In this document: positions 1 through 8,456 of the stretch, one piece after another
Position numbering within the stretch: position 1 is the first letter of the stretch
How the letters are laid out: every line of letters starts with the position of its first letter
The notes under the pieces: generated by a model
What the model saw: only the letters and a program-made list of their open reading frames with translations
The model's database searches: none
Told to the model about the DNA's origin: nothing
Made by a program: the position numbers and the translations under genes
NCBI GenBank assembly: GCA_018060625.1
Contig: JAGOVS010000004.1
Location: forward strand, 636 to 64,635
Source of the DNA: Bacteriovorax sp.
GTDB lineage: Bacteria > Bdellovibrionota > Bacteriovoracia > Bacteriovoracales > Bacteriovoracaceae
Length of the DNA stretch: 64,000 nt
Reading direction: 5' to 3'

Positions 1-601
1 GAGAAATCTTTTCCAGCATAAAAACTTTGTGGATATTAAAAAGTTTTTTAGAGAAGCAGGAATCATTTTAGAGCGAACTTCTCAGTCAAACTCTGGGGCC
101 ATAGAGCAGGGCCATGGATTTGAAGACACACATATTCGCCCAGGACTTATGATGTATGGACCAACTTCTCTTAGTTCTGAACATCACGCGCTCGGACATT
201 TTCAAGGCAAGATTGTCTCCCGATTAGAAACGACAATTTTGCGCACGTTTGATGTTGAAAAAGGGGACCCCATTGGTTATGGCTCAACGCCATGTCCCCA
301 TGAAGGTGTCATCGCTGTTTTGGCCATCGGTTATGGCGATGGATTTTCTACTCGCTATGCAGGCGCTCATTTAACTCATCATGGGTTTAGGGGGGTTATT
401 ACTGGACGAGTAAACATGGATATGCTGCAAGTGCTTTTTCCTCTGGAAGCTAGAGGTCATATCAAGGCACGTGAAATTGTCACCATATGGGGAAATAAAG
501 ATGACGATTTGCTCAATTTTTCACGAGAAACAAAAACGATTCCCTATGAAATTTTCTGTGCACTCCTTCCTCGCATTCCACGAGTTTATCGGGTAAACTA
601 A
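1..601 (+). CDS. alr: Alanine racemase, C-terminal portion (gene starts upstream of the window)
   Basis: The frame is open from base 2 to the TAA at 599-601. The translation shows the alanine racemase C-terminal pattern IGYGSTP...AVLAIGYGDGFSTRY...GRVNMDMLQV...IPYEIFCALLPRIPRVY. Confidence 0.8.
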   Translation, partial: RNLFQHKNFVDIKKFFREAGIILERTSQSNSGAIEQGHGFEDTHIRPGLMMYGPTSLSSEHHALGHFQGKIVSRLETTILRTFDVEKGDPIGYGSTPCPHEGVIAVLAIGYGDGFSTRYAGAHLTHHGFRGVITGRVNMDMLQVLFPLEARGHIKAREIVTIWGNKDDDLLNFSRETKTIPYEIFCALLPRIPRVYRVN

Positions 602-607
602 GCAAAT

Positions 608-1408
608 ATGCAAAAATTATTGATTATAATTAAACACAAGATTGAAAATATCGGGGCGAGTGTCATTGATGGCGTCAATGGCCTAGGGTTAATTTCACTC
701 TACACCTCACGTTTTTTTTATTGGTGTTTTAAAAAACCTTTTCGTAATCATTTATTATTTGAGCAATTATTTTTTATTGGTAATAAAAGTATAATGATCA
801 TTCTTCTGGCGGGTATGTTTACAGGGATGGTTATTGCCACTCAGACTTATTTTGGCTTTAAACTCATCAACGTAGACTCTCTTGTTGGCGTTATTGTTGC
901 GCTTTCTTTAGCAAAAGAGCTTGCTCCTGTTTTAACAGGATTAATCGTTGCAGGCAGAGCAGGCTCGGCCATGGCCGCTCAGATTGGCTCTATGAAAGTC
1001 ACTGAGCAAATTGATGCCCTTGAGGTTATGGGGATAAATAGTATTCAGTATCTTGCGGTTCCAAGAATTATTGCTTCAACATTTGCTCTTCCCATGCTTT
1101 CTATCGTTTTTCTTTTTATTGGAAATTTTGGTTCTTGGTTGGTGGGGACAAAAACCCTTATGATTGATGAGGCGATGTATTTTTCAAAACTTTCTGAGTT
1201 TATGTATGTTTCGGATATTGCTCAGGGAGTTATTAAGGCCGCTGTTTTTGGATTTGTCATTGCGGTTATTGGAACGTACTTTGGTTTTCAAGTTGAAAAG
1301 GGTGCGGTTGGAGTAGGACGAGGAACAAATCTCGCAGTTATTTGGGGGATGATTTCTGTTCTTATTCTCGATTATTTTCTTACGTCTTTTTTGGTTAAGA
1401 TTTTATAG
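608..1408 (+). CDS. mlaE: Mla-type ABC transporter permease (MlaE/YrbE family)
   Basis: Polytopic membrane protein with the family motif GRAGSAMAAQIGSMKVTEQIDALEVMGI. It is followed directly by an ATPase and an MCE protein. Confidence 0.85.
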   Translation: MQKLLIIIKHKIENIGASVIDGVNGLGLISLYTSRFFYWCFKKPFRNHLLFEQLFFIGNKSIMIILLAGMFTGMVIATQTYFGFKLINVDSLVGVIVALSLAKELAPVLTGLIVAGRAGSAMAAQIGSMKVTEQIDALEVMGINSIQYLAVPRIIASTFALPMLSIVFLFIGNFGSWLVGTKTLMIDEAMYFSKLSEFMYVSDIAQGVIKAAVFGFVIAVIGTYFGFQVEKGAVGVGRGTNLAVIWGMISVLILDYFLTSFLVKIL

Positions 1409-1417
1409 GAGAAATCA

Positions 1418-2170
1418 TTGTTAACTTTTGAAAATGCGGCCATCTCCTTAAAGAATGTGACCAAAAAATTTGGTGAGCATACTATTTTGGATCATTTAAG
1501 TTTTGATATTCCAAGAAATAAAATTACAACGATTTTAGGATTCTCTGGTGCAGGAAAGTCAACTTTACTCAAGCATGTTTTGGGTATCATTCATCCCACA
1601 GAGGGAACTGTAACGGTTTTGGGAAAAGATCTTGAAACCTTATCGAAGGAAGAATTGCGGGATTTTAGAAGACATTTTGGAATGCTTTTTCAATATGCGG
1701 CCCTTTTCGATTCATTTACGGCCGAAGAAAACGTGGCCTTTCCTCTGAGGGAATTCACCCAATTAACTGATGCAGAAATTCATAAAAAAGTAAAAGATCT
1801 TCTTGTTTCAGTTGGGATTAAAGAAGAGTCTTTTACTAAGTTACCTTCCGAGTTATCTGGGGGGATGAGAAAGCGTGTTGGTCTGGCGAGAGGTTTAGCT
1901 CTGAGTCCTGATATTATGCTGTATGATGAGCCAACAACGGGATTGGACCCCATTACGACAAAGATGGTCAACAATCTTATCGTTGAAACAGCATCGGCCC
2001 ATCAAGGACGAGAAATGACTTCCGTTATTATCTCCCATGACGTGAAGGCCACGTTAGAAATTTCCGACTATATAGCCTTTCTAGACCGTGGTAAGATAAT
2101 CGAATATTTACCTGTTTTAGATTTTAAAAATTCAGCAAACCCGTTGGTGCAAGAATTTCTTAGACTCTAA
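1418..2170 (+). CDS. mlaF: Mla-type ABC transporter ATP-binding protein
   Basis: Walker A GFSGAGKST, ABC signature LSGGMRKRVGLARGL and Walker B IMLYDEPTTGLD. TTG start lies 5 nt after AGGAGA. Confidence 0.85.
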   Translation: MLTFENAAISLKNVTKKFGEHTILDHLSFDIPRNKITTILGFSGAGKSTLLKHVLGIIHPTEGTVTVLGKDLETLSKEELRDFRRHFGMLFQYAALFDSFTAEENVAFPLREFTQLTDAEIHKKVKDLLVSVGIKEESFTKLPSELSGGMRKRVGLARGLALSPDIMLYDEPTTGLDPITTKMVNNLIVETASAHQGREMTSVIISHDVKATLEISDYIAFLDRGKIIEYLPVLDFKNSANPLVQEFLRL

Positions 2171-2202
2171 ACAAGTTTTGATAAATTAAATATTTAAGGT
2201 GA

Positions 2203-3582
2203 ATGACTCTCATGAATGAATTTAAAGTTGGACTTCTCGCTATTGCAACTATTATTGCTGTCGTTGTTATGTCTTTAAAAATAACTTCTAATCAATCTGG
2301 CTTTGGCCAGTATGTGACTTATCGAACTATTGTTAAAGACGCTTCTGGCATTTTCCCTAAAACTCCAATTAAAGTGGCAGGGATAAACGCAGGGAGAATT
2401 TCAGCAATTGAGCTACAAGGTAATACTGCACTTATTACTTTTGAAATTCTTAAGCAAATTCAAGTGACAAAGAATTCTCGGCTAAGGATTAAGTCTGTGG
2501 GCTTTTTGGGCGATAAATATTTAGAAATTTTCATTGGAGACTCTAATGAGTATCTTATTAAATATGATTTTATCGATTCAGAAGAAGCGGCAGGTCTTGA
2601 GAATTTGATTAAAGATACAACAGAAGTTCTGGCCGACGTAAAGTTGATTGTTCGTTCCATGAAAAATTCCATTGCACCTGAAGGCGAAGTTTCGCCAATC
2701 AAAAAAATTCTAGCGGATGTCTCTGAACTTGTGGCCAACACTAAAGAAGTCACGGCCAGCTTAAAGCGAGTAACGACAGGTAATGAAGAAAAAATAAATG
2801 CTCTTATGGATAATCTGCAAGCTTTCTCAGAAGATTTGGCTTATCAAGTGGACAAAAATAATGGTGATAGTGCGATGGCCGATATCAAGGAAGTCCTGGC
2901 CAATACTAAGAAGCTCACTGCCGATATGCAGGCAATTGTGGCCGATGTTAAGAAGGGGAAAGGGACAATTGGAAAGATGTTAGTTGAAGATGAAATTGCA
3001 GATCAAGTTAAGGACACTCTTTCTAGTGTGCAAAAAATCGTAGGTAAAGCAGATGCTCTTCGCACAGAGCTTTCTATCTTTAGTGGAGTGAACACTGTTT
3101 CTGGTGGTGACACTGAAGCTTCTCTCCGTATTTATCCAGCACCAGAGCGTTTTTATCATTTGGGATTCTCAACATCAGAGATTGGACCTGATAAAGAGAA
3201 GACGACAGTCACGACAACAAATGGTGTGACTTCAACTGAACATAAAAAAGAAAATGATCGCAATACTTTGCGCTTTAATGCTCAAATCGGTCGTCGAATT
3301 AATGATTTTGATTTCCGTGGAGGCTTAATTGAGTCTACAGGGGGGCTTGGAGTTGATTACCGCCTTCATGCGATTAATACCAAATTTACAGTAGATGCTT
3401 TTGACTATAAAAAGAACAAGGGCGCTAACGTAAGACTTGGTGCAGAGACTCAAGTTTGGAATGTTCTTTACGGCCGTGCTTTTCTTGATGATACATTTAG
3501 AAAAGAGCGGAGTGGAACAATTGCTGGTGGTTTAAGATTTAATGATGAAGATCTAAAAGGTTTAATTGGATTCTTTTGGTAA
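2203..3582 (+). CDS. Elongated MCE/MlaD-family protein (N-terminal TM and MCE domain, helical stalk, beta-rich C-terminal domain)
   Basis: N-terminal TM helix (LLAIATIIAVVVMSL). MCE-domain pattern YRTIVKDASGIFPKTPIKVAGINAGRISAIEL. Repeated helical segments. The C-terminal ~170 aa have alternating polarity and end in GLIGFFW. An alternative ATG exists at 2212. Confidence 0.8.
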   Translation: MTLMNEFKVGLLAIATIIAVVVMSLKITSNQSGFGQYVTYRTIVKDASGIFPKTPIKVAGINAGRISAIELQGNTALITFEILKQIQVTKNSRLRIKSVGFLGDKYLEIFIGDSNEYLIKYDFIDSEEAAGLENLIKDTTEVLADVKLIVRSMKNSIAPEGEVSPIKKILADVSELVANTKEVTASLKRVTTGNEEKINALMDNLQAFSEDLAYQVDKNNGDSAMADIKEVLANTKKLTADMQAIVADVKKGKGTIGKMLVEDEIADQVKDTLSSVQKIVGKADALRTELSIFSGVNTVSGGDTEASLRIYPAPERFYHLGFSTSEIGPDKEKTTVTTTNGVTSTEHKKENDRNTLRFNAQIGRRINDFDFRGGLIESTGGLGVDYRLHAINTKFTVDAFDYKKNKGANVRLGAETQVWNVLYGRAFLDDTFRKERSGTIAGGLRFNDEDLKGLIGFFW

Positions 3583-3591
3583 AAATAAATA

Positions 3592-4605
3592 ATGGAACGC
3601 AACTGGCTTATTCGTACAAAACAAAATCAAATTTTAGGGCCAGTCGCTAAAGCGAAGGTCATTGAATTTTATCAGAAAGGTGCACTTGGACTAGATGATG
3701 AAATTTGCAGTGGCAATGGTTATTGGTTTTCATTTAAAGAAAAAGATTTAATTGAAAAATATCTCTTAGGAGACGTTCCTCAAGGATATAATCCTATTTC
3801 TGAATCGAGAAGTCATTTATCTAAAAATGAAAACCCGGATCGAACGACATCATTAAATGCAGCACCGATCAATGCAAAAGTAGACACTTTAGCGAAAGAA
3901 AATGGCCCGATCGTATTGCCAGACGAGAGTGAGCTTGATTATCCAGATATAACCTTAGTTAACAAAGTTATTGAATACTCTTCAAGTCCCATTCCAAGCG
4001 AAGAAGTAAAGTTGCCCACTCAAGATGATTTAGAATTTCCAAATATTGAGTCCATTTCAAAAAGGGTTGAGCAAGCAGCAAAGATCCCCTCTTTGGCAGC
4101 CGCCCAAGAAGAAGAGATTGTACTGGCCAAAAAGTCTCGTCCATTGGAAAAGAAAGAAGATGTTCCCTCGCTGGCCAATGAAGCGGTAATTGTTTATCCC
4201 GAAGATGATGATTTAGCTTACCCTGACTTGTCTGCCATGGCGCCAGTTAAATCGTCACTAGAATTAAGGGAGAAATCCAAAGAAATAAAAGTTAACAAAG
4301 ATGATCTGGTCTCCCAAACACTAAAAAAAGAAAAATCCAAAGATTCCTCTCACTCCTTATCTACCCCTGTAACTGAAGAGAAAAAAATTCTTCATGAAAG
4401 AAAGACAAAATCCTCACCTCGCCCAATACAAAGAGAGGAGGCAACACTTCCCTTGAAAACCGGAAGTGAGCGAAAAGTTCCAGAAGAATTTAAAAAGAGG
4501 AATGATAATTATTTAATGTATATTTTAGTCATGATCGTCTTCATTATGATAGCTCTCTTTTTCTATTACTATCGTACGATTCTGAATAAACCCCTACCTG
4601 TTTAA
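3592..4605 (+). CDS. GYF_2-like domain protein with C-terminal membrane anchor
   Basis: The N-terminus WLIRTKQNQILGPVAKAKVIEFYQKGALGLDDEICSGNGYWFSF resembles the GYF_2 (DUF4339) module. A long acidic/Pro linker follows, then a single C-terminal TM (YLMYILVMIVFIMIALFFYYY). Confidence 0.5.
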   Translation: MERNWLIRTKQNQILGPVAKAKVIEFYQKGALGLDDEICSGNGYWFSFKEKDLIEKYLLGDVPQGYNPISESRSHLSKNENPDRTTSLNAAPINAKVDTLAKENGPIVLPDESELDYPDITLVNKVIEYSSSPIPSEEVKLPTQDDLEFPNIESISKRVEQAAKIPSLAAAQEEEIVLAKKSRPLEKKEDVPSLANEAVIVYPEDDDLAYPDLSAMAPVKSSLELREKSKEIKVNKDDLVSQTLKKEKSKDSSHSLSTPVTEEKKILHERKTKSSPRPIQREEATLPLKTGSERKVPEEFKKRNDNYLMYILVMIVFIMIALFFYYYRTILNKPLPV

Positions 4606-4615
4606 CGGTACTCCT

Positions 4616-5212
4616 ATGGTAAAAGACGATATTTATATTTATCCTACTGACACTGTTTGGGGAATTGGTTGTTCCCTTTATTCGGAAAAGGGGCAGGAGC
4701 GATTGGCCGAAATCAAAGGGACTCAAAAAAATAAACCATTATCCATAATGTTTGAAAGTGCTCAACATGTTCTTGAGAGTTTTTCATTTTCCGACAAAAT
4801 CAACCTTCATTGGTTAGAGGAATTTTTTAAGTTAGAAACAACATTAGGCATTCCTTCGAGTAAAGCAAGAATGAATATTCCCAAATGGGCCACAGGAACT
4901 AGTTCTTTTGTGAGCATCCGTTGTTTAGAAAATGAAGTGATAAAAAAAATATACAAAGAAATCTCGACTCCTTTTTTTTCGACCAGTTTAAATTTGACAG
5001 GAAATCCTCCTATTATAAAAGAAAGTGAAGCCATGAATTTTTATAAACAACATGCTCCCGATGCCCATTTTATCCAAGCGGACTTGAGTCGCGATCTCTC
5101 AGGTTCTTCTTCGACAATTATTTTTTTAGATGAAAATTTAAACATTGAAATAAAAAGAGAAGGGGCACGTGTGAATGAAGTTAAAGATCACGTGAGAAAA
5201 TTATTTTATTGA
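4616..5212 (+). CDS. tsaC: L-threonylcarbamoyladenylate synthase (TsaC/YrdC family)
   Basis: YrdC-domain pattern YPTDTVWGIGCS...IKGTQKNKPLSIMF...STSLNLTG. Length about 198 aa. Confidence 0.7.
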   Translation: MVKDDIYIYPTDTVWGIGCSLYSEKGQERLAEIKGTQKNKPLSIMFESAQHVLESFSFSDKINLHWLEEFFKLETTLGIPSSKARMNIPKWATGTSSFVSIRCLENEVIKKIYKEISTPFFSTSLNLTGNPPIIKESEAMNFYKQHAPDAHFIQADLSRDLSGSSSTIIFLDENLNIEIKREGARVNEVKDHVRKLFY

Positions 5213-5704
5213 TTGAATATAAAGAGAAATCATTTTCTCTTTCACTTCTGGGTCTTCAAGATCATTAAAAAGCTCCTCCGCAATTTTTTTTAATCTTCTA
5301 AACTCTGGTGAATAGGGGTGAAGTGTCTGTGCTTTCTTTTTTTCTATTGGTGTGATGAATTGTTGGTATTGTTTAGAAAAATGGGTGCTATCGACGATAA
5401 ATTTAATAGAAAGAATTGATTTCTCTAGAGTGGGAAATTTCGCAATGATTTTCTTTTTTAAAGGCAATTCCATGAAACTTAGCTCATTGGCAAATGCAGA
5501 GTGATTAGAGAGAACAATTAATACCCCATTTTGGTTTTTTAGGGGAATGGTGTGTTCTGAAAGTTTTGCGCCTGCAATATCTTTCCAGGCCCTGATGAGA
5601 GCTAGAAAATCAAAACTATCGTTAAGGTGAGCCTTTTCTTTAGTAAAAGAATTTTGGGTGCCCCCTGTGGGAGAATCAATAAAATGCGAAAGCTTCTTTA
5701 ACAT
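5201..5704 (-). CDS. DUF721/DciA-like protein
   Basis: WKDIAGAKLSEHTIPLKNQNGVLIVLSNHSAFANELSFMELPLKKKI fits the DUF721 (DciA) pattern W..i.G..i..ht.p..l..g.L.v.v.s..wa.eL. Confidence 0.5.
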   Translation of the reverse strand: MLKKLSHFIDSPTGGTQNSFTKEKAHLNDSFDFLALIRAWKDIAGAKLSEHTIPLKNQNGVLIVLSNHSAFANELSFMELPLKKKIIAKFPTLEKSILSIKFIVDSTHFSKQYQQFITPIEKKKAQTLHPYSPEFRRLKKIAEELFNDLEDPEVKEKMISLYIQSIK

Positions 5705-5732
5705 AATTGAATTTTAGGGTAGCATTAGGGCC

Positions 5733-6410
5733 ATGAAAGTGCGATTTTTTTGTCCTAATATTTTGCTATTTGTCATCATCTTTTTAAGTGGATGTTCGGG
5801 GTATCATTTCAACACAAATAATAATCCCTTATTAGGCTATGGCATTAAAACGATCGCCGTGCCGATGTTCATAAATCGATCAGTTCTTTCTCAACTGACA
5901 GCACCAATGACTAAAGAAATCATGATGGCCCTTAATGATTATTCAGGATTAAAGGTGATGAGTTCGAATACTGAAACTGCTGATGCCGTTTTAATTGGCA
6001 TCATTGAATCTAAAGATCACTACAATGATGTTGTTCAAACAACTCAGACTCAATTTACTTCAGGAGAAGTTTTACAATCAATTGGGAAACGTTCCCCTTT
6101 TTATTATCCAACTCAAACTTATTATGCCTTTAGCGTGCGCCTTATTTTGATTAAACGTCCCACGGCCGATGAATTAAAGCTTTTTTCAAGTGAGCTGGGT
6201 TCCATGATAAAGGTGCATCCTAAAATTGTTTTAAGAGATTCATTGAATTTGTCGGGCACTTTTTCTCGGGTGGCCTCCCAAACCTACACTGCTGCGGCCC
6301 CTGGAGAAGTTAATTTTGTCAAAAATAAGGGAATTTTTGAGAAGAGTCTACAAGATACAAGTTATCAGGCCGCTCAAATGTTCAGACAGGTTATCTTAAA
6401 TGCTTTCTAA
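5733..6410 (+). CDS. lptE: LptE-like outer-membrane lipoprotein
   Basis: Lipoprotein signal peptide with lipobox FLSGC followed by SGYHF (compare E. coli LptE C-G-W-H-L). It sits immediately upstream of and overlaps a holA-like gene, as in the lptE-holA arrangement. Confidence 0.5.
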   Translation: MKVRFFCPNILLFVIIFLSGCSGYHFNTNNNPLLGYGIKTIAVPMFINRSVLSQLTAPMTKEIMMALNDYSGLKVMSSNTETADAVLIGIIESKDHYNDVVQTTQTQFTSGEVLQSIGKRSPFYYPTQTYYAFSVRLILIKRPTADELKLFSSELGSMIKVHPKIVLRDSLNLSGTFSRVASQTYTAAAPGEVNFVKNKGIFEKSLQDTSYQAAQMFRQVILNAF

Positions 6411-7347
6411 AATGTTACCATGGGATTTTATTCAAAAATGTCCTAAGACAATTGATGAAACGAAAATGGGTATTTATGCTTTTCTAGTTGAAGAACCTTA
6501 TCTTGAGAAAGTTTTATTAGAGCAGCTTCCTAAAAAAGAAATCCCCTTCTCTTTATACACAGGCAATGAATTCACTCGTGATTTCGTCGAAGAACATTTT
6601 GTAAACTTATCTTTTTTCTCTTCTGCAGACCATCAACTGATCTTGAATGCAGAAAATATACCAAGCGGAGTTCTTGATTTCATACTAGATTCAAAGATTG
6701 ATTGTTCTGATCGATTTCTTGTCCTTTTTTTCACAAAATCGAGCAAGTCGTGGAATGAGTTTGCAAAAGATAAATCAATTTTTGCTTTCGAATTGGAGAT
6801 GCCTCGTTTTTGGGAAGGGCCCAAGTTGTGGCAGTTCTGTCAAAAGGTCAGGAGTGTTCAATATGATGGAGTGACCACTCGTTATATTCTAGAAAATCGA
6901 GAGCATAACATTGAGTCTTTTTTTGATTGCATTAACATTCTTAAGAGCTTTTTCCCAGAAGGAAATGTAGATGTTAAAAAATTACCTGAAATTTTCAAGC
7001 GAGAGCGTTTTGATTTTTTTGGTTTAATTGATCTTTTTCATCAAGAGCCAAAGCTTTTTTTTGAGGAGATTTTAAAAAAAGAAATGGACTATGATTGGAT
7101 AAGAGGACTTTGTGCCTTTATGCAGACTCATCTTTTAAAAGTTCTTTATCCCCAAGAGCTGCGAGTTAAATCAAAGCTTTCAAAATATGATCAGAGTGTA
7201 ATTGAAATGAGCGAGCGATTAGATCGCGGGATGCTTAAGCATTATATGAGAGTCTTCTCAGATCTAGAGATTTTGTCTAAATCATCAGATATTTTTTTAA
7301 TAAACTATTTGCGTCTAGAAAGTTTAAAAGATGCACCAGTAAAATGA
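6400..7347 (+). CDS. holA: Putative DNA polymerase III delta subunit
   Basis: 315-aa cytoplasmic protein overlapping the lptE-like stop by 11 nt. The call rests mainly on size and conserved lptE-holA synteny. No sharp motif was recognised. Confidence 0.4.
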   Translation: MLSKMLPWDFIQKCPKTIDETKMGIYAFLVEEPYLEKVLLEQLPKKEIPFSLYTGNEFTRDFVEEHFVNLSFFSSADHQLILNAENIPSGVLDFILDSKIDCSDRFLVLFFTKSSKSWNEFAKDKSIFAFELEMPRFWEGPKLWQFCQKVRSVQYDGVTTRYILENREHNIESFFDCINILKSFFPEGNVDVKKLPEIFKRERFDFFGLIDLFHQEPKLFFEEILKKEMDYDWIRGLCAFMQTHLLKVLYPQELRVKSKLSKYDQSVIEMSERLDRGMLKHYMRVFSDLEILSKSSDIFLINYLRLESLKDAPVK

Positions 7348-7371
7348 AGCGGACCCGATGTTGAGTCCGCT
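7348..7371. terminator. Hairpin between convergent holA-like and rubrerythrin genes
   Basis: AGCGGAC (7348-7354) pairs with GTCCGCT (7365-7371), leaving a 10-nt loop. It lies in the 36-bp gap between two convergent stops. Confidence 0.45.
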
Positions 7372-7383
7372 ACAATATATTGA

Positions 7384-7881
7384 CTAAGAAATTTTCTCGT
7401 ACTTCGTACCAGGCACTCCACAAACAGGGCATTTTTCAGGAGGATTCTTAAATTCAAGATGTCCACATATTGGGCATAACCAAACCTCTGAATCAATGTC
7501 TTTTCCTGTGCGAACAGCTTCCATTGCTATCTTATAAAGTTCAGCGTGGACTCGTTCTACTTCCATCGCCCATTTAAACATTTTTTTAGCTTTGTGATCT
7601 TCTTTTACGGCCTGTTCATACATGGGCGGATACATTTCATTGGTCTCATAAGTTTCACCATTGATGGCATATTCTAAATTCTCTAGAGTTGATTTGACTC
7701 CATCCATCGCATTGAAATGGGCAAGAGCATGAATTGTTTCAGCTTCGGCCGTGGCCCTAAAAAGAGTTGCTACATTTTTAAAACCATCTTTTTCAGCTTG
7801 TTTGGCAAAAGCTAAATACTTGCGATTGGCCATGCTTTCACCAGCAAAGGCTTCTTTTAAATTTTCAGATGTTGATTTCAT
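7384..7881 (-). CDS. rbr: Rubrerythrin
   Basis: Diiron ferritin-like N-domain (EAFAGESMANRKYLAFAKQAE...EAETIHALAH...VERVHAELY) plus a C-terminal rubredoxin-like CPICGH...CPVCG. The start is placed at ATG 7881 (MKSTSENL), preceded by GAGGAG. The ORF-track N-terminal extension to 7971 has no support. Confidence 0.85.
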   Translation of the reverse strand: MKSTSENLKEAFAGESMANRKYLAFAKQAEKDGFKNVATLFRATAEAETIHALAHFNAMDGVKSTLENLEYAINGETYETNEMYPPMYEQAVKEDHKAKKMFKWAMEVERVHAELYKIAMEAVRTGKDIDSEVWLCPICGHLEFKNPPEKCPVCGVPGTKYEKIS

Positions 7882-7975
7882 CGTGGTCTCCTCGTTATTG
7901 GGGGTGATGGGCCCTTGGTGGAATTGATTTGAACTCAATAATGTATAAAGGGCAAAGTTCATTAAGCACAAATAG

Positions 7976-8000
7976 AAAAAGCCTCCATCTTGGAGGCTTT
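7976..8000 (-). terminator. Rho-independent terminator downstream of rpsT
   Basis: GCCTCCA (7981-7987) pairs with TGGAGGC (7991-7997). On the minus strand the stem is followed by a T5 run (A5 at 7976-7980 on the plus strand). Confidence 0.6.
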
Positions 8001-8034
8001 ATTATATATTAAACTCTTACGAGGTTAAAAATAA

Positions 8035-8298
8035 TTACTTAAGGCCGTTAACTTGAGCTGCTAGGCGAGAAGTTCTTCTTGCCGCAGTGTTGAGTTTAAT
8101 AACTCCAGTTTTAGCGAGTTTTCTAAGTTCGGCTTGAGCAGTTGCGAGAAAAGTCGCAGCACCGCTTTTGTCACCGGCAGTGATAGCATCTCTTACTTTT
8201 TTAACAGCAGTTTTGCTTTTTGATTCATTTGCCTTGTTAACAAGATTCTTTTTAATGTCTTGTTTTGCTCTTTTTTCTGATGATTTGTGGTTTGCCAC
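8035..8298 (-). CDS. rpsT: 30S ribosomal protein S20
   Basis: 87-aa basic protein starting MANHKSSEKRAKQ, with the typical bS20 helical pattern. Confidence 0.9.
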   Translation of the reverse strand: MANHKSSEKRAKQDIKKNLVNKANESKSKTAVKKVRDAITAGDKSGAATFLATAQAELRKLAKTGVIKLNTAARRTSRLAAQVNGLK

Positions 8299-8456
8299 AA
8301 TTAACTCCTACCGTTAGATATTTTAGCTTTTGCATATTGCAATATTAATGAGATTCATTTTTTATTCTAATTTGAAAAACTTGGCAAGGTTTTATTTGTG
8401 AAACTTGCCTTCAGTTTGTATCATGAAGCGATTTTTATATAAGCGAGGGTTTTACT

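Noticed and set aside
7923-7939. ATTGA-N7-TCAAT inverted repeat upstream of rubrerythrin as a possible PerR/Fur box
   Set aside because: It has only 5-bp arms in AT-rich sequence and does not match the Fur or PerR consensus well enough to call.
7882-7971. 30-codon N-terminal extension of the rubrerythrin ORF
   Set aside because: The internal ATG 7881 has a GAGGAG Shine-Dalgarno, and the rubrerythrin homology begins there. The extension is hydrophobic and unlike the family.
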